Of a stretch of DNA of 64,000 nt, positions 36,316-44,935 are shown one piece after another. Numbering within the stretch: position 1 is the stretch's first letter; every line of letters begins with the position of its first letter. Below the pieces are notes generated by a model. The model was not told where the DNA came from and searched no databases. It was given only the letters and a program-made list of their open reading frames with translations. This DNA comes from an uncultured Alphaproteobacteria bacterium. Lineage in GTDB: Bacteria; Pseudomonadota; Alphaproteobacteria; HIMB59; GCA-002718135. The translations under genes and the position numbers were made by a program. Location of the stretch: NCBI GenBank assembly GCA_902582755.1, contig CACHSZ010000002.1, forward strand, positions 80,151 to 144,150, given 5' to 3'.

Positions 36316-37028
36316 TGCTGAAAGAAAATGAAGTAAAATTCTATAATCAAAATGGTTATTTAATTTTAAAGGATAAATTGGACAAGGAGACATTGTCAGA
36401 CTTAAAAAATTCAACGACTCAACTGATAGAAGAATTTAAAAAAAACCAATCAACTTTTATAAGAGATAAAAATAGAAATATATCTAAGCATGGTAAAATG
36501 TTTTTATCTAATCGTTGTGAAGATTTTCCTTTGATGGAAAAATTCACTAAGGGTAATTTTGTTAAATCTATTTGTAGGTCAATATTAGGTGAAAAAATTT
36601 ACTTATTTAATGAACAAGTAGTAAATAAGGAGCCACAAACTGAAAGTAAATTTGCGTGGCATCAAGATTCTGGTTATGTAGGACATGATCATAAGGTATA
36701 TCTATCTATTTGGATTGCTTTATGTGATACAAATGAAAATAATGGAGCATTAAGAATATTGCCAATAAATCTAGAAAGAGAAGCTAAGATTGAAGAACAT
36801 GTTTGGTCCGAACAATCATCAGATTTAAGTATGAAAGTTCAGGAAGAGAAGTCAATTTCGTGTACAATTGAGGAAGGTGGATTAGTCTTATTTTCGAGTA
36901 GAACACCTCATGCTTCTTTTCCAAATAAATCAAACAAAAACAGACCAGCATATTTATGTCAGTACTCATCTGAGCCAATTATACCTCCGCCCGGTTCAAA
37001 TAAAAAATTTAGAGCAGAGTTAATTTAA
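36315..37028 (+). CDS. PhyH-family Fe(II)/2-oxoglutarate dioxygenase
   Basis: FYNQNGYLILKD N-terminus, HxD in WHQDSGYV, and distal His in TPHASFPN. The start is at ATG 36315 (TAATG overlap); the track start 36201 lies inside the permease gene. Confidence 0.8.
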   Translation: MLKENEVKFYNQNGYLILKDKLDKETLSDLKNSTTQLIEEFKKNQSTFIRDKNRNISKHGKMFLSNRCEDFPLMEKFTKGNFVKSICRSILGEKIYLFNEQVVNKEPQTESKFAWHQDSGYVGHDHKVYLSIWIALCDTNENNGALRILPINLEREAKIEEHVWSEQSSDLSMKVQEEKSISCTIEEGGLVLFSSRTPHASFPNKSNKNRPAYLCQYSSEPIIPPPGSNKKFRAELI

Positions 37029-38170
37029 TGAAAGTTGGAATTATAGGATGTGGAAATATAGCAGATATATATTTTAAAAATTCTCAAAAATATTTTAATA
37101 ATTTTGACATCATTGCATGTGCAGATATTAAAGAAGATGCATCTGTTCATTATTCCAAACTTTATGGAGTTGAAAATTTATCAGTGGATAAATTATTAAA
37201 TCATAGTGAAATAGAATTAATTATTAATTTAACAATTCCTGACGTCCACTTTGAAGTTTCGCAATCAATTCTTCAAGCTGGAAAGCATTCATACTCTGAA
37301 AAACCTCTTTCAATTGAATTTAACCACGGAAAGCAATTGTTAGATTTATCGAAAGAGAAAAATTTGTATTTAGGTTGTGCGCCTGATACATTTCTGGGAG
37401 CAGGTATTCAAGAATCAAAGAAAATTCTAGAAAATAACATAATTGGAAATATTAATATGGGAAGTATTGCAATGGGCGTTGCGGGTCACGAAATATGGCA
37501 TCCTAATCCAGACTTTTACTATAAGTATGGTGGAGGACCAGTATTGGATATGGGCCCATACTATTTTACAGCATTAGTCAATTTATTAGGTCCTGCAAAA
37601 TCTGTCTATTCTCAATCTAGAACAGTTTATAAAAAAAGAATTATTGGAAGTGGTAGCAGAAAAGACGAAGAAGTAATTGTAGATATTCCAACTACTCTAG
37701 TTTCTCAAATTGAGTTTCAAAATGGAGCGCTTATAGATTCTTTTTTCTCTTTTGATACATGGAAGCATAATAAAAACCATATTGAACTTTATGGAGATAA
37801 GGGTTCAATAAATATTCCAGATCCCAATACTTTTGGCGGCTTAATAAATGTTTGCACATCAAAAAATGGAGAATGGGAAACTATAGAAACTGATAAAAAT
37901 AATTTAGGAAAGATCAATATCCACAATAGTAAAAAAACAAATGAAAATCCTGGAATTGCCAATTACAGAGGAATTGGTGTTAGTGAGATGGTTGATTCTA
38001 TAAATAACAAAAGACTAAACAGGTGCAGTGGTGAATTAAGTTTACATGTTTTAGATATATTAGATACAATTATTAAATCTTCTGAAAAGGATAAAAAATT
38101 ACAATTAAGAAGTTCTATTAATGAAGTTAGTTACTTTGCTGAGGGTGAAATAAGTAAATTATTAAATTGA
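37028..38170 (+). CDS. Gfo/Idh/MocA-family oxidoreductase (ThuB-like by context)
   Basis: GIIGCGNIA Rossmann motif and SEKP motif. Paralog of 20822-21973. Directly followed by a ThuA-like gene. Confidence 0.85.
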   Translation: MKVGIIGCGNIADIYFKNSQKYFNNFDIIACADIKEDASVHYSKLYGVENLSVDKLLNHSEIELIINLTIPDVHFEVSQSILQAGKHSYSEKPLSIEFNHGKQLLDLSKEKNLYLGCAPDTFLGAGIQESKKILENNIIGNINMGSIAMGVAGHEIWHPNPDFYYKYGGGPVLDMGPYYFTALVNLLGPAKSVYSQSRTVYKKRIIGSGSRKDEEVIVDIPTTLVSQIEFQNGALIDSFFSFDTWKHNKNHIELYGDKGSINIPDPNTFGGLINVCTSKNGEWETIETDKNNLGKINIHNSKKTNENPGIANYRGIGVSEMVDSINNKRLNRCSGELSLHVLDILDTIIKSSEKDKKLQLRSSINEVSYFAEGEISKLLN

Positions 38171-38180
38171 AAGGAATAAA

Positions 38181-38894
38181 ATGAAAAAAGCTTTAATAGT
38201 TTATGGAGGTTGGCCAGGACATGAGCCAGAGAAATGTACTGAAATAATTAAAGGCATGCTGGAACCTGAAGGATATGAGGTAAGAGCAGAATATCAAACT
38301 TCTGCATTTGCAGAAGATTATGTTCACGAAATGGATTTGCTTATACCTATAGTGACTATGGCCTTTCATTTTGATCCAAGAGGAGAAATAAAAAAAACCG
38401 CTGTTAACAATGTTATTAAAGCTGTTCATAATGGATGCGGTCTTGCTGGTCATCACGGTGGAATGTGTGATGCATTTAGACAATCAATTGATTGGCAGTT
38501 TTTAACAGGAGGTCAATGGGTAAGTCACCCAAATGGTATTCATGATTATAAAGTAAATATAACAAAAAAAGATGATCCAATCATGGAAGGTATTGAAGAT
38601 TTTGATTATCATTCAGAGCAATATTACATGCATGTGGATCCATTAAATGAAGTTTTAGCAACGACGACATTTAAAGGTAACGAAGTTTGGAAGCTTGAAC
38701 AAGAACCTGGTTCATCAAGTGGTGACGCATATACAACAGAATGGTTAAAAGGTGTAGAAATGCCAGTTGCTTGGAAAAGACGAATTGGGAAAGGTAAAAT
38801 TTTTTATATCTCTCTTGGTCATTTTGCACATGAATTAAACCATCCACAAATGAATAAAATTTATAAACGTGGTTTACTTTGGGCATCAAGATAG
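38181..38894 (+). CDS. ThuA-like (trehalose-utilisation domain) protein
   Basis: ALIVYGGWPGHEP N-terminus, HHGG, WVSHP, and C-terminal GKGKIFYISLGH typical of the ThuA domain. Confidence 0.8.
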   Translation: MKKALIVYGGWPGHEPEKCTEIIKGMLEPEGYEVRAEYQTSAFAEDYVHEMDLLIPIVTMAFHFDPRGEIKKTAVNNVIKAVHNGCGLAGHHGGMCDAFRQSIDWQFLTGGQWVSHPNGIHDYKVNITKKDDPIMEGIEDFDYHSEQYYMHVDPLNEVLATTTFKGNEVWKLEQEPGSSSGDAYTTEWLKGVEMPVAWKRRIGKGKIFYISLGHFAHELNHPQMNKIYKRGLLWASR

Positions 38895-38917
38895 AGTAAT
38901 ATAATATAGGAAATCGT

Positions 38918-40231
38918 ATGACAGAATACTTTAGTAAAATACCAGAGATTAAATTTGAAGGCGAAGAAAGCACAAATCCATTTGCTTTTAAATTTTACGA
39001 TGAAAATAAAAAAGTTTTAGGCAAGTCTATGAAAGAGCATTTAAGGTTTGCTACTTGTTATTGGCATACATTTACTTGGCCTGGCCTTGATCCATTTGGT
39101 GGTCAAACATTTGATAGACCGTGGATGCAAGCAGGTGATGAAATGAAAATGGCTGAAATGAAACTTGATGCTGCATTTGATTTTTTCACTAAAATAAAAA
39201 CACCCTTTTTCTGCTTTCACGATAGAGACATTTCTCCTGAAGGTTCGAATTATGCTCAGACACAAAAAAATTTCTTTCATATTATAGACATAATGGAACA
39301 AAAAATTAATGAATCAGGAATGAAATTACTTTGGGGAACAGCAAATGCTTTTTCTCATAAAAGATATATGAGTGGAGCTTCGACTAATCCAGACCCAGAA
39401 GTTTTTGCATATAAAGCTGCACAAGTAAAAGATTGTATGGATGCAACGATGAGATTGGGTGGTCAAAACTACGTTCTTTGGGGTGGAAGAGAAGGATACG
39501 AAACAATTCTTAATACTGATATGACTAAGGAAACAGCTAATCTTCAAAGATTTTTAGAATTAGTTGTTAATTATAAACACAAGATAGGATTTAAAGGTCA
39601 AATTTTATTGGAACCAAAACCTCATGAACCAACTAAACATCAATATGATTTTGACTCTGCCACTTGCTTAGCGTTTTTACGAAAGGCAGGTTTAGAAAAT
39701 GAGATTAAATTAAATGTTGAAGTTAATCATGCAACTTTATCTGGTCATAATTTTGAACATGAAATTGCTTATGCAACTTCAAACAGTGCCTTAGGAAGTA
39801 TTGATATTAATAGGGGTGATACTTTAATAGGTTGGGATACGGATCAATTCCCAAATAATCCTGCAGACTTAATTATGTCATTTTATTTTATTTTTAAGAA
39901 TGGCGGCTTAGGTCAAGGAGGCATGAACTTTGATGCAAAAATAAGAAGACAATCTATTGATGCTGAAGATTTATTTCATGCTCACATTGGGGGTATGGAT
40001 GTATGTGCAAAAACACTTATTGCTGTTGAAAAATTAATGAATGATAATGTTATTCCTAAGTTTATTGAAGATAGATATGAAGACTGGGATAAAAATTTGG
40101 GTCAGTTTATTCATAATAAAGATACTGGATTAGATGATATAAATAAAAAAGTAATCGATGATAATATTGAACCAGAACCTCGTTCAGGAAGACAAGAATA
40201 TCTGGAAAACATCTTAAATAAATATTTGTAG
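38918..40231 (+). CDS. xylA: xylose isomerase (class II)
   Basis: 437 aa. FEGEESTNPFAFKFYD N-terminus, FCFHDRD, LWGGREGY, LLEPKPHEPTKHQYDFD, VNHATLSGH. Confidence 0.92.
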   Translation: MTEYFSKIPEIKFEGEESTNPFAFKFYDENKKVLGKSMKEHLRFATCYWHTFTWPGLDPFGGQTFDRPWMQAGDEMKMAEMKLDAAFDFFTKIKTPFFCFHDRDISPEGSNYAQTQKNFFHIIDIMEQKINESGMKLLWGTANAFSHKRYMSGASTNPDPEVFAYKAAQVKDCMDATMRLGGQNYVLWGGREGYETILNTDMTKETANLQRFLELVVNYKHKIGFKGQILLEPKPHEPTKHQYDFDSATCLAFLRKAGLENEIKLNVEVNHATLSGHNFEHEIAYATSNSALGSIDINRGDTLIGWDTDQFPNNPADLIMSFYFIFKNGGLGQGGMNFDAKIRRQSIDAEDLFHAHIGGMDVCAKTLIAVEKLMNDNVIPKFIEDRYEDWDKNLGQFIHNKDTGLDDINKKVIDDNIEPEPRSGRQEYLENILNKYL

Positions 40232-40273
40232 TTACTGGCCATAAGTTTCTATACTAATTGATTTATAAATATT

Positions 40274-41203
40274 ATGAAAATTTATAAATTAGACACAGAA
40301 TCAGAGTTTGAAAAATTAAACCTTTGTCTCGCAATAGGTAATTTTGATGGAATACATAAAGGACATCAAGAAATAATAAATAAAATTAAAGAGATTGCAT
40401 CAAACAATAATTTATTGTCTTCTATAATGAGTTTTAATCCTCATCCTCGTGTTTACTTTAATCAAATTAATGAGCCTTTTAATATTTATACTCAAAGTGA
40501 TAAAATAAATTTTCTTGAACGATTGGGTTTAGATACATTTATAGATTTTTCTTTTGATAACAATCTATCAATATTATCAGCTGATGATTTTGTAACTAAA
40601 ATTCTTATTGATAAATTAAATATTAAATACTTAGTTATAGGTAGTGACTTTAAGTTTGGAAAAGACAGAAAAGGTAATTTTAAAACATTAGAAAAATATG
40701 CTGAAAAAAATAATTTTAATATTCATTTAATCGATCCTATTATGCTTGCAGATAAATCGGATAAATATTCATCTTCAATAATTCGATCACAAATAAAAGA
40801 TGGTTATATGGAAGATGTTACAGAGTCTTTAGGCAGGCCCTGGCATATGCATGGAAAAATAATTAAAGGTGATAAAAGAGCTAGAGAAATCAATTTTCCG
40901 ACTGCTAATATTATACCAGATCAACATATATTACCAAAAAGAGGTGTTTATTGTGTAGAAGTGCTTTTAGAAGGTAAAAAATACAAAGGTGTTTCAAATT
41001 TTGGTTTAAGACCAACAGTCGATGGAAGCAAACTCCTTCTTGAGACACATATGTTTAATTTTAGTGAAGAAATATATGGTAAAGAATTGACTGTTGAATT
41101 CCTTACATTTATTAGGTCTGAACAAAAATTTAATAATTTTGAAGAACTAACCAAGCAAATCAATAAAGATATAAATAAAGCAAAAGAATATCACCAATTA
41201 TAA
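40274..41203 (+). CDS. ribF: bifunctional riboflavin kinase / FMN adenylyltransferase
   Basis: GNFDGIHKGH nucleotidyltransferase motif, and a kinase domain with INFPTANI and ETHMFNF. Confidence 0.92.
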   Translation: MKIYKLDTESEFEKLNLCLAIGNFDGIHKGHQEIINKIKEIASNNNLLSSIMSFNPHPRVYFNQINEPFNIYTQSDKINFLERLGLDTFIDFSFDNNLSILSADDFVTKILIDKLNIKYLVIGSDFKFGKDRKGNFKTLEKYAEKNNFNIHLIDPIMLADKSDKYSSSIIRSQIKDGYMEDVTESLGRPWHMHGKIIKGDKRAREINFPTANIIPDQHILPKRGVYCVEVLLEGKKYKGVSNFGLRPTVDGSKLLLETHMFNFSEEIYGKELTVEFLTFIRSEQKFNNFEELTKQINKDINKAKEYHQL

Positions 41204-43977
41204 TGGAATATAAAGATACAATTTTTCTTCCCAAAACATCTTTTGAAATGAGAGCTAATCTACCATCAAAAGAACCTGCAATAATAGAGGAGTGGGATAA
41301 AAAAAATATTTTTAAAAAGCTAAGAGATAAATCCAAAGGTAGAGAAAAATTTGTTCTTCATGATGGACCACCATATGCAAATGGACATATTCATATGGGG
41401 ACAGCTCTTAATAAAATTTTAAAAGATGTCATTGTGCGAACACAACAAATGGCTGGAAAAGACTCTATTTATGTTCCTGGATGGGATTGTCACGGTTTAC
41501 CAATTGAATGGAAAATAGAGGAGGAGTATAGAAAAAAAGGAAAGAACAAGGATGATGTTCCAACTGTTCAATTTAGAAATGAGTGTAGAGAGTTTGCAGA
41601 AAAATGGATCGATATACAAAAAAAAGAATTTAGACGACTTGGTGTTGAAGGGGATTGGGAAAATCCATATCTTACAATGTCCAATCAAGCAGAAGCACAA
41701 ATTGTTCGAGAGCTTGGAAAATTTTTACTTGATGAAAGTTTGTATAAAGGAGCAAAACCAGTTCTCTGGTCCGTTGTAGAAAAGACAGCTCTAGCTGATG
41801 CCGAAGTTGAATATGAAGATCATACGTCCAACACTATATATGTTAAATTTTTAATTAAAAATTCTACCGATAAAGATTTAATTGATTCTAATATTGTTAT
41901 TTGGACTACAACTCCTTGGACGATTCCAGGTAACCGAGCTCTGGCTTATGGTAAAAAATTAGATTATTCACTTATTGTTGTTGAAGAATTAGAAGAAAAT
42001 AGTTTAGTCAAAAAAAATGATAAATTAATATTTGCTTCAGAACTTCTAGAAAATGTAACCAAAGAAATTGGAATTAAACAATTTAGTACAAAAAAGAAAT
42101 TTAAAGGAGATAATTTATCTACTTGCGAATGTGAGCATCCATTTAAACAATTGGGTTATGATTTTATTGTAAAACCATTTCATGGGGATTTTGTTAACTT
42201 AGAACAGGGAACAGGAGTTGTACATATAGCTCCTGGACACGGAGATGACGATTATGTTTTAGGGATAGAAAATAATGTTGATATTATCCAGACAGTTCAA
42301 GATGATGGAAAGTATAATCAACATGCTGTTGGTTTTGAAGGTGAACATATTTATAAAGTGGATCACAAAATTGCAGATAAATTAGAAGAATTTTCAAAAT
42401 TATTATTTAAAGGGACGCTTCGTCATAGCTACCCACATTCATGGAGGTCTAAAGCTCCTCTTATTTATAGAAATACTCCACAATGGTTCATTTCCATGGA
42501 AAAAAATAATTTAAGAGACATTGCTCTTAAATCAATTGATGAAACTATTTTCTATCCTCCTCAAGGCCAAACAAGACTTAGATCAATGATTGAAACTAGA
42601 CCAGATTGGTGTGTATCTAGACAAAGAGTGTGGGGTGTACCTTTACCATTATTTGTAAGTAAAAAAACGGGTCAACCTTTAAGAGATGAAAATATTATCA
42701 ATAGAATAGCAGATATTTATGAAAAAGAAGGTAGCAATACGTGGTTTACCGAAGATCCACAAAGGTTTTTAGGGGATGAATATTCACTTGAAGATTATGA
42801 GCAGGTTAAAGATGTAGTTGAAGTATGGTTTGATAGTGGTTCTACACATGCTTTTTGTCTAGAACAAAGAGAAGATTTGAAATGGCCTGCATCGATGTAC
42901 TTAGAAGGAAGTGATCAACACAGAGGATGGTTTCATTCATCTCTTTTAGAATCTTCTGGTACAAGAGGAAAAGCCCCATATGAAAGCGTTTTAACTCACG
43001 GTTTTGTTGTTGATGGAAGAGGTCGTAAAATGTCTAAATCTTTAGGTAATGTCATTTCTCCTGATGATATTTTAAAAAAATATGGAGTAGATATTTTAAG
43101 ATTATGGGTAGTGGCTTCCGATTATTATGATGATCTGAAGCTAGATAATGCTATCCTTCAATCACAAGCTGAGTCTTATAGAAGAATAAGAAATACCTTT
43201 CGTTTTTTAATTGGCAATTTAAATGATTTTACTAAAGAGGAAGCTATTGATGAGAGTGAGTTTCCAGAGTTAGAAAAATATCTACTTCATCGATTGTGGG
43301 AAGTTGATCAAACTGTACAAAGATGTGTGAAGACTTTTAATTTTCATTTGATGTTTACTACACTTTTAAATTTTTGCTCAAGTGATCTTTCAGCTTTTTA
43401 TTTTGATATCAGAAAAGACACTATATACTGTGATAGTAAACAGTCCATTAAAAGAAGATCTACTAGAACACTATTAAATATAATATTTAATCATTTAGTA
43501 AGGTGGTTTGCACCATCTATCTCTTTCACTACTGAAGAAGCATGGAAAGCTATGGGAAATACTGAAAGTATACACCTACAAGATTTTTTACAATGTAAAA
43601 ATGAATATGAAGATAATCAATTAAATGAAAAATGGAATTTAATTAAAAATATTAGAAAAGTTGCTACTGGATCAATTGAGAAAATTAGAGAAGAAAAAAT
43701 TATACGTTCAAGTTTAGAAGCTCATTTGGACATTTATATTTCTAAAGAAAGTTTTGATAAAGTTAATGAAGTTATGTTTGATGAAATTACTATTACTTCA
43801 TCATTTAAATTGCATATACTAGATGAAAATAGCCAAGGTTTTTCAATAGATGATATTGAAAATGTAAAAGTGCAGGCATCTAAGGTGAGTGGCCAAAAAT
43901 GTCAAAGATGTTGGAAATATGAAAAAGAATTAATAAAAAATGAAATTTGCAATCGTTGTAATGATGCAATAAGTTAA
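41203..43977 (+). CDS. ileS: isoleucyl-tRNA synthetase
   Basis: 924 aa. PYANGHIHMGTA (HIGH), KMSKSLGN (KMSKS), and a C-terminal Cys4 finger CQRCW...CNRC. Confidence 0.95.
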   Translation: MEYKDTIFLPKTSFEMRANLPSKEPAIIEEWDKKNIFKKLRDKSKGREKFVLHDGPPYANGHIHMGTALNKILKDVIVRTQQMAGKDSIYVPGWDCHGLPIEWKIEEEYRKKGKNKDDVPTVQFRNECREFAEKWIDIQKKEFRRLGVEGDWENPYLTMSNQAEAQIVRELGKFLLDESLYKGAKPVLWSVVEKTALADAEVEYEDHTSNTIYVKFLIKNSTDKDLIDSNIVIWTTTPWTIPGNRALAYGKKLDYSLIVVEELEENSLVKKNDKLIFASELLENVTKEIGIKQFSTKKKFKGDNLSTCECEHPFKQLGYDFIVKPFHGDFVNLEQGTGVVHIAPGHGDDDYVLGIENNVDIIQTVQDDGKYNQHAVGFEGEHIYKVDHKIADKLEEFSKLLFKGTLRHSYPHSWRSKAPLIYRNTPQWFISMEKNNLRDIALKSIDETIFYPPQGQTRLRSMIETRPDWCVSRQRVWGVPLPLFVSKKTGQPLRDENIINRIADIYEKEGSNTWFTEDPQRFLGDEYSLEDYEQVKDVVEVWFDSGSTHAFCLEQREDLKWPASMYLEGSDQHRGWFHSSLLESSGTRGKAPYESVLTHGFVVDGRGRKMSKSLGNVISPDDILKKYGVDILRLWVVASDYYDDLKLDNAILQSQAESYRRIRNTFRFLIGNLNDFTKEEAIDESEFPELEKYLLHRLWEVDQTVQRCVKTFNFHLMFTTLLNFCSSDLSAFYFDIRKDTIYCDSKQSIKRRSTRTLLNIIFNHLVRWFAPSISFTTEEAWKAMGNTESIHLQDFLQCKNEYEDNQLNEKWNLIKNIRKVATGSIEKIREEKIIRSSLEAHLDIYISKESFDKVNEVMFDEITITSSFKLHILDENSQGFSIDDIENVKVQASKVSGQKCQRCWKYEKELIKNEICNRCNDAIS

Positions 43978-44430
43978 GTGATTAAGATAGCTATACTAGT
44001 ATCATTAATTTTTTTTGATCTTCTAACTAAGTATTTAATTCAAAATAATTTGTTTTTAAATCAATCAATAAAAATCAATGAATATTTTGATTTAGTTTAT
44101 GTTCAGAACTTTGGAGTTTCTTTTGGTTTATTTTCAGGTTATGTTTCGCATTGGATATTAATATTTATAGCCTTAATAGTTGTTATATTAATTTTTTATT
44201 TATTTATTAAATCAGATAAACAACTTGAAAAACTGGCTTATTTTTTTGTTATAATTGGGGCTTTATCAAATATTATTGATAGATTGATAAATAGTTATGT
44301 TGTTGACTTTATCTTACTACATTATGAAAATTTTTATTGGCCAGCATTTAATTTAGCAGATATCTATATTACAATTGGAATTATCATGTTAATAATAAGT
44401 TTTTTTATAAAATCAAAAACAGCAAAATGA
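43978..44430 (+). CDS. lspA: lipoprotein signal peptidase (signal peptidase II)
   Basis: GTG start abutting the ileS stop. Motifs NFGVSFG and FNLADIYITIG, with four TM segments. Confidence 0.88.
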   Translation: MIKIAILVSLIFFDLLTKYLIQNNLFLNQSIKINEYFDLVYVQNFGVSFGLFSGYVSHWILIFIALIVVILIFYLFIKSDKQLEKLAYFFVIIGALSNIIDRLINSYVVDFILLHYENFYWPAFNLADIYITIGIIMLIISFFIKSKTAK

Positions 44431-44927
44431 AAAAAGTTATTTTTGTAACAATCATTTCCTCAATTTTTCTATCTTCTTGTAATACTATTAGAAGTAGTGC
44501 CGGTGTAGAAAGAAAAGTAATAGATGAATATAATGTAGTTGAAAATCCTCCATTAGTAATTCCACCAAATTTTAATTTACTACCACCTGATCAAATTGAA
44601 TCAAAAGATATTGATGATACCGATAGTGAGCTTGCAAAGGAAATTCTCTTTGGCCTGGATGAAGAAAGTGATGAAACATCTTCTGAAAATTCTGTTATCG
44701 ACAATATTTTAAAAGAAACTGAAGCAGATCAAGTAGATAATAGTATCAGAGAAGATCTTGATGGAAACTCAGAAGATGAAATAAGCCAAGATAATACAGA
44801 TGTTGAAAGCGAAAATATAGAAGAGCCAAAAAAGAAGAAAAGATTTTTCTTTTTCAACAGTAAAAAAGAAAATGAAGATGACGAAGAAGGTGAGTCTAAA
44901 AAGAAGAAAAGATTTTTCTTCTTTTAA
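44427..44927 (+). CDS. acidic lipoprotein with duplicated KKKKRFFFF C-terminus
   Basis: Lipobox FLSSC|N, a PPLVIPPNFNLLPP segment, an Asp/Glu-rich body and two KKKKRFFFF units. ATGA overlap with lspA. Confidence 0.7.
   Translation: MKKVIFVTIISSIFLSSCNTIRSSAGVERKVIDEYNVVENPPLVIPPNFNLLPPDQIESKDIDDTDSELAKEILFGLDEESDETSSENSVIDNILKETEADQVDNSIREDLDGNSEDEISQDNTDVESENIEEPKKKKRFFFFNSKKENEDDEEGESKKKKRFFFF
44828..44924 (+). repeat. two copies of an approximately 27-nt direct repeat inside the lipoprotein gene
   Basis: AAAAAGAAGAAAAGATTTTTCTT(T/C)TTT occurs at 44828-44854 and 44898-44924, each encoding KKKKRFFFF. Confidence 0.7.
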
Positions 44928-44935
44928 TTTTATAA

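Noticed and set aside
39236-39250. A GGTTCGAAT string resembling a tRNA T-arm.
   Set aside because: It lies inside the xylA reading frame, and no acceptor or anticodon stems can be built around it.
38193-39547. Minus-strand track ORFs 38193-38483, 38671-38973, 39041-39301 and 39326-39547.
   Set aside because: They are antisense to the ThuA-like gene and xylA, both strongly supported by motifs. They are treated as shadow ORFs.
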